Both the position numbers and the translations under genes were made by a program. The notes under the pieces were generated by a model, which worked only from the letters and a program-made list of their open reading frames with translations, was not told the DNA's origin and made no database searches. Shown here in pieces: positions 19,101-28,358 of a DNA stretch of 64,000 nt (the first letter of the stretch is position 1; each line of letters begins with the position of its first letter). Source of the stretch: Candidatus Fermentibacteraceae bacterium (lineage in GTDB: Bacteria; Fermentibacterota; Fermentibacteria; Fermentibacterales; JCC-6); the NCBI GenBank assembly GCA_041750285.1, contig JBGSZS010000004.1, positions 128,001 to 192,000 of the forward strand. The letters run 5' to 3'.

Positions 19101-19661
19101 AAGGCTCTCGTCGGGGAACGACGACCTCTCCGCCGCGTTGACAAGGACGTCAACCGCCTCGGACGGCCTTCCCTTCCTGTGAAGAACAACGGCCATGGCA
19201 ATGCATGGTTCGATGTTCTTCAGCTCTTCTCCGGGAAACCTGGCCTGGGCCTGATAGGCGCTTTCGATCGAATCGGTGAACCTTGATTCCGTCAGGCGGT
19301 CTACAGTGGAGAGCAGCTCGAGCATCCCGTTGTAGTCCTTGCTTCGGAGCCTGAGCCTCCAAAGGACCTTGAGGAGTTCCGTTGAGCGGGAGAACTGGGA
19401 TAGCTTCTCCTCGAGCATCTTGACAACGCCGGGCCGGAGATCGGAGTGGGCCTTGATGATCCGCTCGGAGAGCCTGGCGGCCAGGTCGGGATGGCCTATG
19501 TCCATCAGGAAGGGAACGACCTGCCGGGCCGATTCCTTCTCTTCAAGAATGCCTTCTATCTCCTCCTCAATGAGGACTGCCGCCTGGTCGACCATATCGT
19601 CGGCAGCCATGTCCCGGGCTTTCTTCAGTATCCTCTGCGATTTGGATTTGAACAGCGCCAT
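16170..19661 (-). CDS. Large (1163 aa) alpha-solenoid/TPR-like protein
   Basis: Long ORF overlapping or abutting its neighbours; Ala/Leu-rich helical repeats; no signal peptide. Confidence 0.75.
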   Translation of the reverse strand: MALFKSKSQRILKKARDMAADDMVDQAAVLIEEEIEGILEEKESARQVVPFLMDIGHPDLAARLSERIIKAHSDLRPGVVKMLEEKLSQFSRSTELLKVLWRLRLRSKDYNGMLELLSTVDRLTESRFTDSIESAYQAQARFPGEELKNIEPCIAMAVVLHRKGRPSEAVDVLVNAAERSSFPDESLARLSGWIANRTGGTDMDVNLGRIRILVALSDTERALSELSTLLMADREIIEKAIAITEKSLVPTDGTGKASIALARLMSAAGRTNDSCNVLEALLDREVDHNSLEQAVAGVVMGAPGSARAHLLQARLRISRGETTQGMESLAKVFECADLDQTPVTEVCRSVIEKGMDKDGRVSRKLGEFLVEKGSVEDAVQIILYLIEQDPDWVFNQIQKLLQKDKSNASVLILLAVHRLLGGREGEAGAALQHLATRKDLKSRSDMTVILSRLSHLMGKFPRLRRFRASISGGIGDSRESASDWLALLLSGEKVSDAGLLEIVDNGLARGSAREILESGFTPSTPAGHLVQATAAVALEDAATASPAMAEAVREPSLAARVADLVSDMRLSLLHRTSAENFLPALNENGQGSVVAKLLPLLAEPGTRADWMDSLATRVDTGDPLSTAFFRLEYFIEEGHFGTAAVSVEHIDIPEGPVASLAAGCRATATGNRTQAVGLLSAAAADTGTASLARKVLESMAGEETSGLTTLALANSLVNTGDLSGAAGVLSKCIDSPEVKAFLEEKAPAHVESWELWKLLALSRLLFKDAKGFRSAASTALERDSSPAGELSSAAIRYGSEKRDAELLLFGASTAVRHSTGQDVSAAVCDALRIDPGLFEQAAVLELADPRVRALLGIVSADSQLFHEAAAPPDIDPPVESVEQCIEQWTTEGLYQPLHTLMQTCAGSGLTAQAHAIRVVLAGKGYPGIDEELFDDARSDDSLRLDFWTSVASDGLVAKGLAEFLPPGAVLKPDEAGAAAAALARSGLDGETVMEFAMRLADSGDSELSEKSALLVDRALSMKDARVTAGMIRLLVAAGRTGEAFEAARGDDALLSQLRDSVALAARSAPCDEDKLWASGRREAACAGWLARYRSTGDPVHLERLHWAFSQMGLPMEKAALERLMQERHPGLFAARSVDHGRSHAISDLDMDKWNRGRGMTNGG

Positions 19662-19667
19662 GATCCC

Positions 19668-21035
19668 CTACTCCGGTCTTATTATGAGAACCTCGCCTAT
19701 GCTCAGTGATGAACCAGTTTTATCGTTGAGACTCTGAATCTGCTCGACCGGGACACCGTACCTTCTCGAAAGGTCCCACATGGTGTCTCCCGGCACAACG
19801 GTGTGGGTGATGCGGCCGCCTCCCGTTACGGTTTCGGGGGAAGGCGCGGAACCCGCGGACGGTGTTCCCCTGAGCATCAGGACCTGCCCGGGAAAAATCG
19901 TTGCACCAGCGGAGATGTCGTTCCACTGGGCAACCTCCCTGGACGAGACTCCCACCTGGGCGCCAATCCCGCCAAGGGTGTCGCCGCTTCTAACGGTGTA
20001 CCGGTAGAAGCCCGATGCTTCGGCCGCCCTTGTGTTGACGGGAGTGCGTTCGCTCTCGGGAAGGCTCACATAGGTTCCTGGAACGGGTTCAACCGTTCCG
20101 TTGGCCTGTGAAAGGTCCTGAAGCTCAACCCCCGTGGCGGTTGCGATGTGGTCCCAGTCGTCGCCCTCCCTTACCAGATAGCGTGACGGCTCGATGGCCC
20201 AGGCGGTCCGGAATGCTTCGGCGGCCTTGTCAGTGGGAACCACCACCTCCCAGCCCTCGCGCCTTCCGGGGACCGTCTCGGCGAGGTAGCCCCTGTTGAG
20301 GCCTGACAGGACGTCAGGGTCGATGCCGGTTTCGGCCGCAAGGACGCGCAGGTCGAGACCCGGGGGCACGATGACGACGGAAAGCCCTCCCCCGGTTTCC
20401 CCGAGCTGCCTGTAGGCTTCAAGGGCGCTTGCGAACCTGGGTACGAACGTCGAGGTCTCACGGGGGAGCCCGAGTTCGGAAAGGGTTCCCTGGCCGCCGG
20501 AAAGCGCCCGCTGCATGGTGCCCTCGCCGCAGTTGTAGGCGGCAATGGCGAGCTGCCAGTCCCCGAACATCCCGTGCAGGTAGTCGAGGTATCTGGAAGC
20601 GGCTCGGGTGGAAGCCACCCACGAGTACCTTTCGTCGACGCGGTCGGCCATGTGCAGATCGCACGAACGGGCGGTGCCTCCCATGAACTGCCACGGACCC
20701 GCGGCGCCCGCCGTTGAGTAGCTCCCTATCGAATAACTGGATTCAACCCATATCAGCGCCGTGAGCTCGACGGGAACGCCCTCGCTTCTGAGAACCCGCT
20801 CCAGCAGACCCCTGAGGTCCGCGTCGGCCTGGCAGTTCGCGGGGTTGTACCGGACATCGCTGGTTTCAGCGAGACCCGGGGGGATCCGTATCGGAGAGGG
20901 GTGACCGCCGCTGGTGCGGGCAATGAGGGGGATCACGGGGGTCTGTTGCATCAGCGAACGGGGTGAGCCGCCCTGCCCGTTCCTCAGCGGGGGTTGAGCC
21001 GTTCTGATGCCGGAGCATCCCGCGTTCATTATCAT
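19668..21035 (-). CDS. mltD: MltD-like lytic transglycosylase with three LysM domains (start uncertain)
   Basis: WVESSY, AAGPWQFM, AIAAYNCGEG, ETSTFVPRF; LysM motifs YLVREGD, YTVRSGDTL, HTVVPGDTMWDLS. Confidence 0.85.
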   Translation of the reverse strand: MIMNAGCSGIRTAQPPLRNGQGGSPRSLMQQTPVIPLIARTSGGHPSPIRIPPGLAETSDVRYNPANCQADADLRGLLERVLRSEGVPVELTALIWVESSYSIGSYSTAGAAGPWQFMGGTARSCDLHMADRVDERYSWVASTRAASRYLDYLHGMFGDWQLAIAAYNCGEGTMQRALSGGQGTLSELGLPRETSTFVPRFASALEAYRQLGETGGGLSVVIVPPGLDLRVLAAETGIDPDVLSGLNRGYLAETVPGRREGWEVVVPTDKAAEAFRTAWAIEPSRYLVREGDDWDHIATATGVELQDLSQANGTVEPVPGTYVSLPESERTPVNTRAAEASGFYRYTVRSGDTLGGIGAQVGVSSREVAQWNDISAGATIFPGQVLMLRGTPSAGSAPSPETVTGGGRITHTVVPGDTMWDLSRRYGVPVEQIQSLNDKTGSSLSIGEVLIIRPE

Positions 21036-21083
21036 TGCAGCTGCGAGAGGGAAGGCCAGAACTGCAGGAGGGAGGACAAACCG

Positions 21084-22037
21084 GTGCTTACGGTGGGAGT
21101 GGTCGGCGCCACCGGCCTTGTCGGGTCGAAAATGATCGAAATCCTTCAGGAGCGTTCCCTTCCCGTTAAAAGGCTTCTCGCCTTTGCCTCGCGTGGCGGT
21201 CCCGACAGAACGGTCTCCTTTCACGGCGAATCCATACCCGTTGAAATAATAAACCCCGGGGCTCTGGAAAAGGGCACCGTGCTCTTCGGAGCCACCAACT
21301 CGGGGGTGGCAGTGCAATGGGTTCCCCCGTGCCTTCTCAGGAAAGTGGTTATCATAGACAACTCTTCGGCTTTCCGCATGTCTCCCGGGGTGCCCCTCGT
21401 CGTGCCCGAGGTCAACCCCCACGCGATACCGGACGACCCGGGGCTGATCGCAAACCCCAACTGCTCGACCATTCAGCTCGTCATGGCCCTTGCTCCGCTC
21501 GCCCGCCTCTCACCTATCGAATGGGTCTCGGTGTCGACCTACCAGTCCGTTTCCGGCGCCGGCGCCAGGGGCGTGGCCGCCCTGGAGGCCGGTGAAGGGC
21601 TGCCACCGGCGGTCGACCGGTTTCACAGGAACGTTGTCTGCGAGATAGGCGACACCGGGGAATCGGGCTACACGACCGAAGAGACGAAGCTCGTGAGGGA
21701 AACGGTGAAGATCATGGAGATGGACTTCCCCGTCTTCCCGGCCGCCGCCAGGGTTCCCGTCGGCGTCGGCCATACCGAGAGCGTGACGGTGCGCTTCCGT
21801 AAAGGGGTTTCAAGCGGCGAAGCCGAGCATGCCCTTCGCGGGTCGGGAGGGATACGGGTTGCACACGCCGGTGTTCAGCCCGTGGCAGTCGAGGGTACCG
21901 ATCCCGTCTGGGTGGGAAGGATCAGAAACCACCCGTCGGATCCAAGGGTCCTCCAGTTCTGGGTGACGGCCGACAACGTCCGGAAGGGCGCTGCCCTCAA
22001 CGCCGTCCAGATCCTCGAGGTTCTGCTGAAAAGGTAG
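21084..22037 (+). CDS. asd: Aspartate-semialdehyde dehydrogenase
   Basis: VVGATGLVG, IDNSSAFRM, VPLVVPEVN, IANPNCSTIQ, STYQSVSGAG, ADNVRKGAALNAVQI. Confidence 0.95.
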   Translation: MLTVGVVGATGLVGSKMIEILQERSLPVKRLLAFASRGGPDRTVSFHGESIPVEIINPGALEKGTVLFGATNSGVAVQWVPPCLLRKVVIIDNSSAFRMSPGVPLVVPEVNPHAIPDDPGLIANPNCSTIQLVMALAPLARLSPIEWVSVSTYQSVSGAGARGVAALEAGEGLPPAVDRFHRNVVCEIGDTGESGYTTEETKLVRETVKIMEMDFPVFPAAARVPVGVGHTESVTVRFRKGVSSGEAEHALRGSGGIRVAHAGVQPVAVEGTDPVWVGRIRNHPSDPRVLQFWVTADNVRKGAALNAVQILEVLLKR

Positions 22038-22060
22038 GGGGCGGCCCGCAGGCCGCCCCC
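22037..22060. terminator. Hairpin between convergent genes
   Basis: GGGGGCGGCC-CGCA-GGCCGCCCCC. Confidence 0.65.
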
Positions 22061-22080
22061 GGCAAAAATCCTGCCTTAGC

Positions 22081-22782
22081 CTACAGGTCCAGTTCGTCGT
22101 CGTCGATGAGGTCGAAGTCGTCGGCGAAATCGTCGTCTTCGGCACCCAGGGCGGCCCCGCACTCTTCACAGAAGGGGTTCTGCGCGGGGTTGGGATGACC
22201 GCAGGAAGGGCACTTGATGCCATCGGAGGCTGCGGGTTCCTCAAGTTCTTCCTCGTCCTCGAGGTCCAGCTCGTCAATGGAGTCGGTGGGCTCTTCGGCA
22301 GCGGTTCTGAATGCGGCCCCGGCGGCGGCGGCTGCGCGGCCGGCAGTGGCATCGTCCACATCACGAAGGACCTTGCGGAGTTCGCCGAGTTCGGAGCGGA
22401 GAAGGTCGAGTTCGTTTGCGGTCTTGTTGCGTTCGTTCTTTACAGTGTCCAGTTTTTTCTGGAAATCGGGATCGTTCTCGTCGTGCTCACGAAGCCTGGC
22501 ACGAATCTGAAGCTCGTCGACCGCATCGGATTGTTCCTGGTGGTTCTTCTCGAGCTTGTCGATCTTGGAGGAAAGGTCGTCGACCTTGGATACAAGGGCG
22601 CCCTTCTCCTCTCCTATGCTTCCCAGAACGGTATCGAGCTGGGCTTCATAGTCCTTCTTGATACGCACATAGACACGGCTGTTAGTTTCGTCCTTCAGCG
22701 AGTCGAGGTTGGAAAGACGATCCACCAACTCCAGTCGCTGATCGAGCAGCTTCTGGATTCTTGCTTCAAGCACTTCGGCCAT
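22081..22782 (-). CDS. Coiled-coil protein with C-terminal zinc ribbon and acidic tail
   Basis: Heptad-rich N-terminal 140 aa; CPSCGHPN...FCEECG; ends EDDDFADDFDLIDDDELDL. Confidence 0.8.
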   Translation of the reverse strand: MAEVLEARIQKLLDQRLELVDRLSNLDSLKDETNSRVYVRIKKDYEAQLDTVLGSIGEEKGALVSKVDDLSSKIDKLEKNHQEQSDAVDELQIRARLREHDENDPDFQKKLDTVKNERNKTANELDLLRSELGELRKVLRDVDDATAGRAAAAAGAAFRTAAEEPTDSIDELDLEDEEELEEPAASDGIKCPSCGHPNPAQNPFCEECGAALGAEDDDFADDFDLIDDDELDL

Positions 22783-22853
22783 TTCCCCTCCTTATAGAGA
22801 GCACGAACAAACGGGCGGACAAAAGCAAAACCGCAATGAAAGATAATTGTCTG

Positions 22854-23852
22854 TCATTCCCGGGGCAATGTCAAGGCGACAACAACGGGAGTCATGGCCG
22901 CCATCGAGTCCCACCCCCTCTTCAATCTGAAATCCGCTTCCGAGAAGGCTTCGGCGATTGGCGCGTACCGTCTCCCCCTCCAGCGGGACGCCGCCTCGAG
23001 CACCCACCCGGACCTGTACTGACTGATGCCCAGTGCCGAGATCGTGGCCGGTTCGGACCTGCCACCCGAAAGCATCGATGCCGCAGTGGCTGCCAGGGCC
23101 CACTGCGAATGGATCAGGGCGAGAAGCCGTATGGGCTCCTCCCCCGAAGCCAGAAGGAGCGAGAGCTTCTCCAGTGCCTTGCGGCTGTTCCCCGCAACCG
23201 CCTCCTGCGACATGTCCAGCGCGCTGCACTCGGGGAGAACGCCCGACAGGGCGACGATCATGGCATGGTCGACCACCGTTTTCGACCCGTACCTGATCGA
23301 GGCTCTTTCAAGGATGCTCCAGAGGTTCAGAAGCCTTCCGTAGGAGAGCGCTTCAGCGGTCTCGGAAGCCTGCCGGTCAAGCTTGAGCCCCAGCTCACCC
23401 GAAAGCCTTCTGGTCCAGGGCCACATCCTGCCCGCAAACGGTTCCCAGCAGGCGAAGGAAACTGCCGCCGCCGCCCCGAGCTTCTTCAGGAAGACGGTGT
23501 TGAGGCTCGTTCTCTCCGTGAGGAAAAGGAAGAGGTGGTTCGAGCCGGGTGCGGACACTGCCTCGAGGGCTTCGGGCTGAGCCTTTGCCGGGATCGCATC
23601 GGTGTTTCGCACCAGAATGAACCTGCCGCTGCTGAAAAGCGAGCCTTCACTGGCAAGTCTGCGGATGTCTCCGGGCTGGACCTCGTCGCCGGGAATCCTG
23701 GCGGTTTCGAGGCCCAGCGCCCGTGCCCTGGCCTCCAGTACAGTCTCGAGCCTCAGTGCCTGAAAGGGCTCCTCGCCCAAAACGAGGAACACACACCCGG
23801 GGCCGGCTCCCCCTGCCAGTTCAACAGCCTTGTCGAAATCCTTCACGAGCAT
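22854..23852 (-). CDS. holA: DNA polymerase III subunit delta
   Basis: VFLVLGEEPF, SLFSSGRFILV, LLASGEEPIRLLAL, EADFRLKRG; 332 aa. Confidence 0.85.
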   Translation of the reverse strand: MLVKDFDKAVELAGGAGPGCVFLVLGEEPFQALRLETVLEARARALGLETARIPGDEVQPGDIRRLASEGSLFSSGRFILVRNTDAIPAKAQPEALEAVSAPGSNHLFLFLTERTSLNTVFLKKLGAAAAVSFACWEPFAGRMWPWTRRLSGELGLKLDRQASETAEALSYGRLLNLWSILERASIRYGSKTVVDHAMIVALSGVLPECSALDMSQEAVAGNSRKALEKLSLLLASGEEPIRLLALIHSQWALAATAASMLSGGRSEPATISALGISQYRSGWVLEAASRWRGRRYAPIAEAFSEADFRLKRGWDSMAAMTPVVVALTLPRE

Positions 23853-23937
23853 GGCAAATCCTTCGGGGCTTTACGGAAGACGGGTTTCAGGTGTATTTTC
23901 CCGGCCAGTCACGCACACACATCGAAGGGTTGATAAC

Positions 23938-25779
23938 ATGCTTTCCTGGTTTCGGGATAACGCGAAGATATTCCTTGTAGCCATCATTGTCATCTTTGTC
24001 GTAATGATTTTCGTGGACTGGGGCTCCGGCCGGAACCGGACCTCCGGCGCCGAACGGATGGTCATCGGCTCCATCAACGGCGAGAGCATTCTCCCCGCAG
24101 CGTACGACGCCGCCCGGAACGAGGTCTACGCCTCACTGAAAACCCAGATGGAGCAGTCGGGCAATCCCGACCCCGAGAATGAACTGATGATCCTCTACAG
24201 CGAGATCAACGACGCGGCGTTCGACCTTGTCGTTGAAAGGACCATCCAGCGCGAGTTCATCGAAACGCTGGGCTGGAAACCCGTCGACATGGGGCTGGCC
24301 GAGCCCCTGGTGCGCGCGCAGATCAGGCTTGCCGGCATCCCCGACCCCGACACCTACCTCGAGCAGTTCAAGAACGACCCCAACTACGGCTCGGCGGCGT
24401 ATCAGCTTCTTGTCCAGGCCGAGCGCAGCCGCTTCGACTCCGCCATGAACCTGTTCAGGATGAACTCCCGGGCCGAAGCCGTATTCATGGCGCTCGACGC
24501 CTACACCCAGGTTCAGGCCAGGTACATTCCGTTCAGGGCCACTCCTCCCCTGCCCGACAACGACCAGCTCGCGGCCTTCTACGAGGAAAACCCCGAGCTC
24601 TTCACTCTCGCCCCCAACGCCGTCCTCAGGTACGCGACCATCCTCATCCCGCCCACCCCCGAAGACGAGGCGTATTCCCTCAACCTCCTCGATTCGCTCG
24701 CCATGGCAGGGGGGGGGGCTCCCGACACACTCAGTCTGACCCGGCGCCAGATGCTCGAGAACCTCCAGTGGAACCTCGACCTGACACCCGGGAACCTCTC
24801 GGCGCCCTTCATCGGCCGGTCGCTTCAGAACCCGCAGAGTTCCATTTCGTCCTGCCACTCCGTCGAGCTGCTTCAGCTTTCACCGGGTCCCGAAGCGGAC
24901 GGAATGGAAGACACGCTGCTGATAGTTCACTGGGAGCTTCCGGCATATCCCAGCCGCGAGACCATAAGGACCACCCTGTGGCGCATCCAGGACCTTCGCG
25001 AAAGCCTTCTGCAGTCCAGCAATCCATTCGTGGCGGAAGACCTTCCGATAATCGACTGGGGCGAGATGGAGATCACCGAGGACACGCCCCTCACTCCCGG
25101 CCTCAGCCGCGCCGTGGTTTCGTTCGCGCTCGACACGGTCTGGACCGACTCGCTCGGACCGGTCTTCTACAGCCCCAGCTACGACGGAAGCTACCCGGCA
25201 CTCACCGTCGTAAGAAAGCTTTCCCAGAGCCCCGGCGGCCAGCTCACGCTGCAGGAGGCACTCGACAGCGGCCGGCTTCTTGTCGAGGCCTACACCAGCC
25301 TTCAGACCGCCGAGGCTTTCGAACTGGCCAGCCAGGCGCTCGCAAGGTGCAGTGCCACCGGCTTCGACCTCGCCATGCTCGCTGAATCAGACTCTCTGGA
25401 GCTTTACACCACACCGCCGTTCGCACCGATGTCCGTCAGGCTCTGGTCAGGTTCGGAAGAGGCCGCCTACCGTGGTCTTCTCGGCTGCGCCGGTTTCGCC
25501 GACGTCGCCGCGCTGGCGCCCGAGTTCTCGGTCACAGGCCCCTTCAGCAACAGCGGCGTGGTATACCTTGCCGAGATCACGGGAAGGACCGAGCCGAGCC
25601 TCGATGCCGACCCCGGCATGCTGGCCTCGATCTACCTGTCGCTTGAACAGGGCCGCAGCCAGGACTTCAACCGGTCATTCCTTGGCATACTGAGGGAATC
25701 GGCGGACATCGAGGACCTGCGGGACCGGTTCTACGCCACCGTGGACTCACTGCGCGCAGCCGACAGCGACACCCTGTAG
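23938..25779 (+). CDS. SurA N-terminal domain / PpiD-like membrane-anchored periplasmic chaperone
   Basis: MLSWFRDNAKIFLVAIIVIFVVMIFVDWG anchor, IGSINGESI, AFYEENPELF, ADIEDLR. Confidence 0.75.
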   Translation: MLSWFRDNAKIFLVAIIVIFVVMIFVDWGSGRNRTSGAERMVIGSINGESILPAAYDAARNEVYASLKTQMEQSGNPDPENELMILYSEINDAAFDLVVERTIQREFIETLGWKPVDMGLAEPLVRAQIRLAGIPDPDTYLEQFKNDPNYGSAAYQLLVQAERSRFDSAMNLFRMNSRAEAVFMALDAYTQVQARYIPFRATPPLPDNDQLAAFYEENPELFTLAPNAVLRYATILIPPTPEDEAYSLNLLDSLAMAGGGAPDTLSLTRRQMLENLQWNLDLTPGNLSAPFIGRSLQNPQSSISSCHSVELLQLSPGPEADGMEDTLLIVHWELPAYPSRETIRTTLWRIQDLRESLLQSSNPFVAEDLPIIDWGEMEITEDTPLTPGLSRAVVSFALDTVWTDSLGPVFYSPSYDGSYPALTVVRKLSQSPGGQLTLQEALDSGRLLVEAYTSLQTAEAFELASQALARCSATGFDLAMLAESDSLELYTTPPFAPMSVRLWSGSEEAAYRGLLGCAGFADVAALAPEFSVTGPFSNSGVVYLAEITGRTEPSLDADPGMLASIYLSLEQGRSQDFNRSFLGILRESADIEDLRDRFYATVDSLRAADSDTL

Positions 25780-25786
25780 CGCCTGT

Positions 25787-26731
25787 TCAGTCCGTAAGGT
25801 CGGTGCCGCTTCTGCTTCCCGCAAGCAGCCGCAGGAAGTAGGGGCCACCGACAAGGGCGGTGATGATCCCGATCGGAAGTTCACCGGGACTCACCGCCAC
25901 ACGGCTCAATATGTCTGACCACACCAGAAGGACCGCCCCTCCCAGGGCCGACAGGGGCACGAGCTTCCTGCAGTCACCCCCGGCGATCCTCCTGAGTATG
26001 TGGGGCACCACCAGCCCGACGAAACCGACCGGACCGACGGCGCCGACCGTGCCTCCCGCCAGGATGGCCGAGGCGGTGAGCATGACCGCCCTCTCGCGCC
26101 GGGTGTTCACACCCCTGGTCTCCGCAAGCTCTTCACCGGCGAGCATCTGATTGAGCGTACCGGTGCGGGTGAGGATCAGCAGCATGCCCAGGACGGAAAA
26201 GGGAAGCAGGAAGAAGACCCTTGAGTAACCTGCGGCGGCAAGGTCCCCCATCATCCAGCGGACTATCTCCATGAGCCTCGAGGCCGGGCTCAGGTATTCC
26301 ATCAGCAGAAGCAGCGACGCGCCCAGAACGTTCACGGTCACGCCGGCCAGGATGAGGGTGGAGCCGTCGCTTCTCCCCCTTCCCGCCAGTGAGGCCACAA
26401 GCGCCGTTGCCACAAGCGCTCCCGCGGTTCCGGCAAGCCCTGCCCAGTACCCCGAAAGCCCCGCGCTGAACAGGATGACGGCACCCGCCGTCACTCCCGC
26501 CCCGGCACTGACGCCCAGCGTGTAGGGCGTGGCCAGCACGTTCCTCAGGACCGACTGCAACACGGCACCGGCCACCGCCAGGCTTGCCCCCGCAAGCACG
26601 GCAAGGGCGGTCCTGGAAAGACGAAGTGATAAAACGACGCCGAGGGGGGCGTCGGGACCCATGGGCCCCGTCACGGCCGAAACCAGAACGCCCAGAAGAA
26701 GCAGAAGAAGAAGCCGGCGCAGAACGTTCAC
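25787..26731 (-). CDS. FecCD/BtuC family ABC permease
   Basis: LRLSR, GASLAVAGAVLQSVLRNVLATPYTLGVSAGA, GPVGFVGLVVPH, ELPIGIITALVGGPYF. Confidence 0.9.
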   Translation of the reverse strand: MNVLRRLLLLLLLGVLVSAVTGPMGPDAPLGVVLSLRLSRTALAVLAGASLAVAGAVLQSVLRNVLATPYTLGVSAGAGVTAGAVILFSAGLSGYWAGLAGTAGALVATALVASLAGRGRSDGSTLILAGVTVNVLGASLLLLMEYLSPASRLMEIVRWMMGDLAAAGYSRVFFLLPFSVLGMLLILTRTGTLNQMLAGEELAETRGVNTRRERAVMLTASAILAGGTVGAVGPVGFVGLVVPHILRRIAGGDCRKLVPLSALGGAVLLVWSDILSRVAVSPGELPIGIITALVGGPYFLRLLAGSRSGTDLTD

Positions 26732-27513
26732 CGCGGCCTCCCGGCGGTCACGAGCCAGCCGCCCGTCCCGCCGTCATGCGTTACGGAAAGGGGGATGCCG
26801 TAGACCCTGCTCATGAGTTCGGGGGAGAAAACCTCCCCTGGAGTTCCGGAGGCGATGCACCTTCCGCCACTGAGAAGCAGCGCTCCGCTGAAGTGTTCTC
26901 CCGACATGCTCAGACCGTGGGTCGAGGCGAAGACCGAAACGCCTTCGCCTGCAAGGCCTTCGAGTATCTCCCACAGCATTGCGGTGTGTCTGTAGTCAAG
27001 GCCGCCCCCCGGTTCGTCGAGCAGGAGTACCGAGGGTTTCTGTGTGAGGACCGAGGCGAGGAACACCAACCTCTTCTCGCCACCGGAGAGGTTTGATACA
27101 AGCCTGTCGGCAAGATGGAGTATCTCACACTGCTCCATCACCTTCAGCGAAACCTCCCTGTCCTGCGCGGAGTCGGTGGACCAGGGCGACCTGAAGGGGT
27201 GCCGGCCGAGCAGCACGGTTTCCCTGACGTTCATGCCCTGGGGGACGGGCGGTTCCTGGGGAAGGTATCCCACCAGTGAGGCCCTTTCCAGCCCCGTGAG
27301 CCTCTTCATTGGCATACCGTCCACAAGGACGGCGCCGCTGCTCCAAAGCCATGGAAAACCCATTATTCCCTTGAGAAGCGTGCTTTTCCCGGCGCCGTTC
27401 GGGCCCAGAAGACCCCATATCTCTCCGGAACGCAGCGTGAAGTCAACGTCGGACACCGCCGCCGCGCGTCCGGGGTAGCCGGCGGAGAAACCCTTCAGAG
27501 TGAGTTCAGGCAA
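26728..27513 (-). CDS. Cobalamin/Fe-siderophore ABC ATPase
   Basis: GPNGAGKST, LSGGEKR, LLLDEP, STH, SRVYG. Confidence 0.9.
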   Translation of the reverse strand: MPELTLKGFSAGYPGRAAAVSDVDFTLRSGEIWGLLGPNGAGKSTLLKGIMGFPWLWSSGAVLVDGMPMKRLTGLERASLVGYLPQEPPVPQGMNVRETVLLGRHPFRSPWSTDSAQDREVSLKVMEQCEILHLADRLVSNLSGGEKRLVFLASVLTQKPSVLLLDEPGGGLDYRHTAMLWEILEGLAGEGVSVFASTHGLSMSGEHFSGALLLSGGRCIASGTPGEVFSPELMSRVYGIPLSVTHDGGTGGWLVTAGRPR

Positions 27514-28358
27514 TCGGACAGCCTTTCAGCGATCTCGGGAAGCCTCGCACCCGGAATGAGCATGAAGCCGCCCTCGAGAACGAACACCCTCTCCCGCGGG
27601 AACCCCCTGTCTTCCCAGAAGTCCCGCCGGGCCTCCAGAAGCCCAAGGGGATCGGCTTCGTCAGGGGCCAGGAAGATCAGCGCGCCGGGATCCAGCCGTA
27701 GTATGCCCTCAACGGAAACATCCGGGTAGGTTCCCGCGGAGGGGGCTGAGAGCGAGCATCCGATTCCACGCAGAAGGTCCTCATAGAATGTGCCGTGTCC
27801 CGCCAGCGTGAACCTTCCGTCATCGCTGTGGAACACCACCACGGAAGCCGTCCCGCCTCCCTCCACCGTACTTTCCTCAAAGGCGCTCCGCAGCCTCTCC
27901 CGGAAGGGATCGAAAGATGCCTCGGGGTAAAGGGCCTCGAGGCTCTCGCATGAGGCCATGACATCGTCGAGCGTATCGAAGCTGTAGTGGTGGTATGGGA
28001 TACCCAGGTTCCGGGAGAGTTCCGCCAGCCTCGGGCTGTTCCCGACCGAATGGATGCTCGTGGCGGAAAGTGAGGCGACGGCCTCGGGGGATGGATCGAG
28101 GTAGCCACCTATCCGGGGGAGGCTGCACGCTTCGGGAGGCCAGAGCGTGTAGTCGTCCACCGCGGCAACCCGGTCCATCATCCCCCCCTCGTGAAAAAGC
28201 TCGACGAGGGAAGGCCCGATCACCACCGCCCTGACGTCCCCAACGGATGGTCCGGCGTCCCCCTCAGGGGAGCAGGCCGGTGTCAGGACCGCAAGCAGTG
28301 CCGGAAGCAGGTGAAGAATCGGGATAGAGGCAATTCCTGAGTTTGCCGAGCGCGTCAT
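27495..28358 (-). CDS. BtuF-like substrate-binding lipoprotein (start uncertain)
   Basis: LTPAC lipobox-like; PSLVEL, AVDDYTLWP, IGGYLDPSPE, YPDVSVEGILRLDP, PGARL. Confidence 0.8.
   Translation of the reverse strand: MTRSANSGIASIPILHLLPALLAVLTPACSPEGDAGPSVGDVRAVVIGPSLVELFHEGGMMDRVAAVDDYTLWPPEACSLPRIGGYLDPSPEAVASLSATSIHSVGNSPRLAELSRNLGIPYHHYSFDTLDDVMASCESLEALYPEASFDPFRERLRSAFEESTVEGGGTASVVVFHSDDGRFTLAGHGTFYEDLLRGIGCSLSAPSAGTYPDVSVEGILRLDPGALIFLAPDEADPLGLLEARRDFWEDRGFPRERVFVLEGGFMLIPGARLPEIAERLSDCLNSL

Noticed and set aside
21036..21422. N-terminal extension of the mltD ORF, and similar extensions of 1099, 2981, 23830, 31009, 38914 and 40740 ORFs
   Set aside because: They overlap neighbouring genes; downstream starts fit RBS position and domain boundaries better
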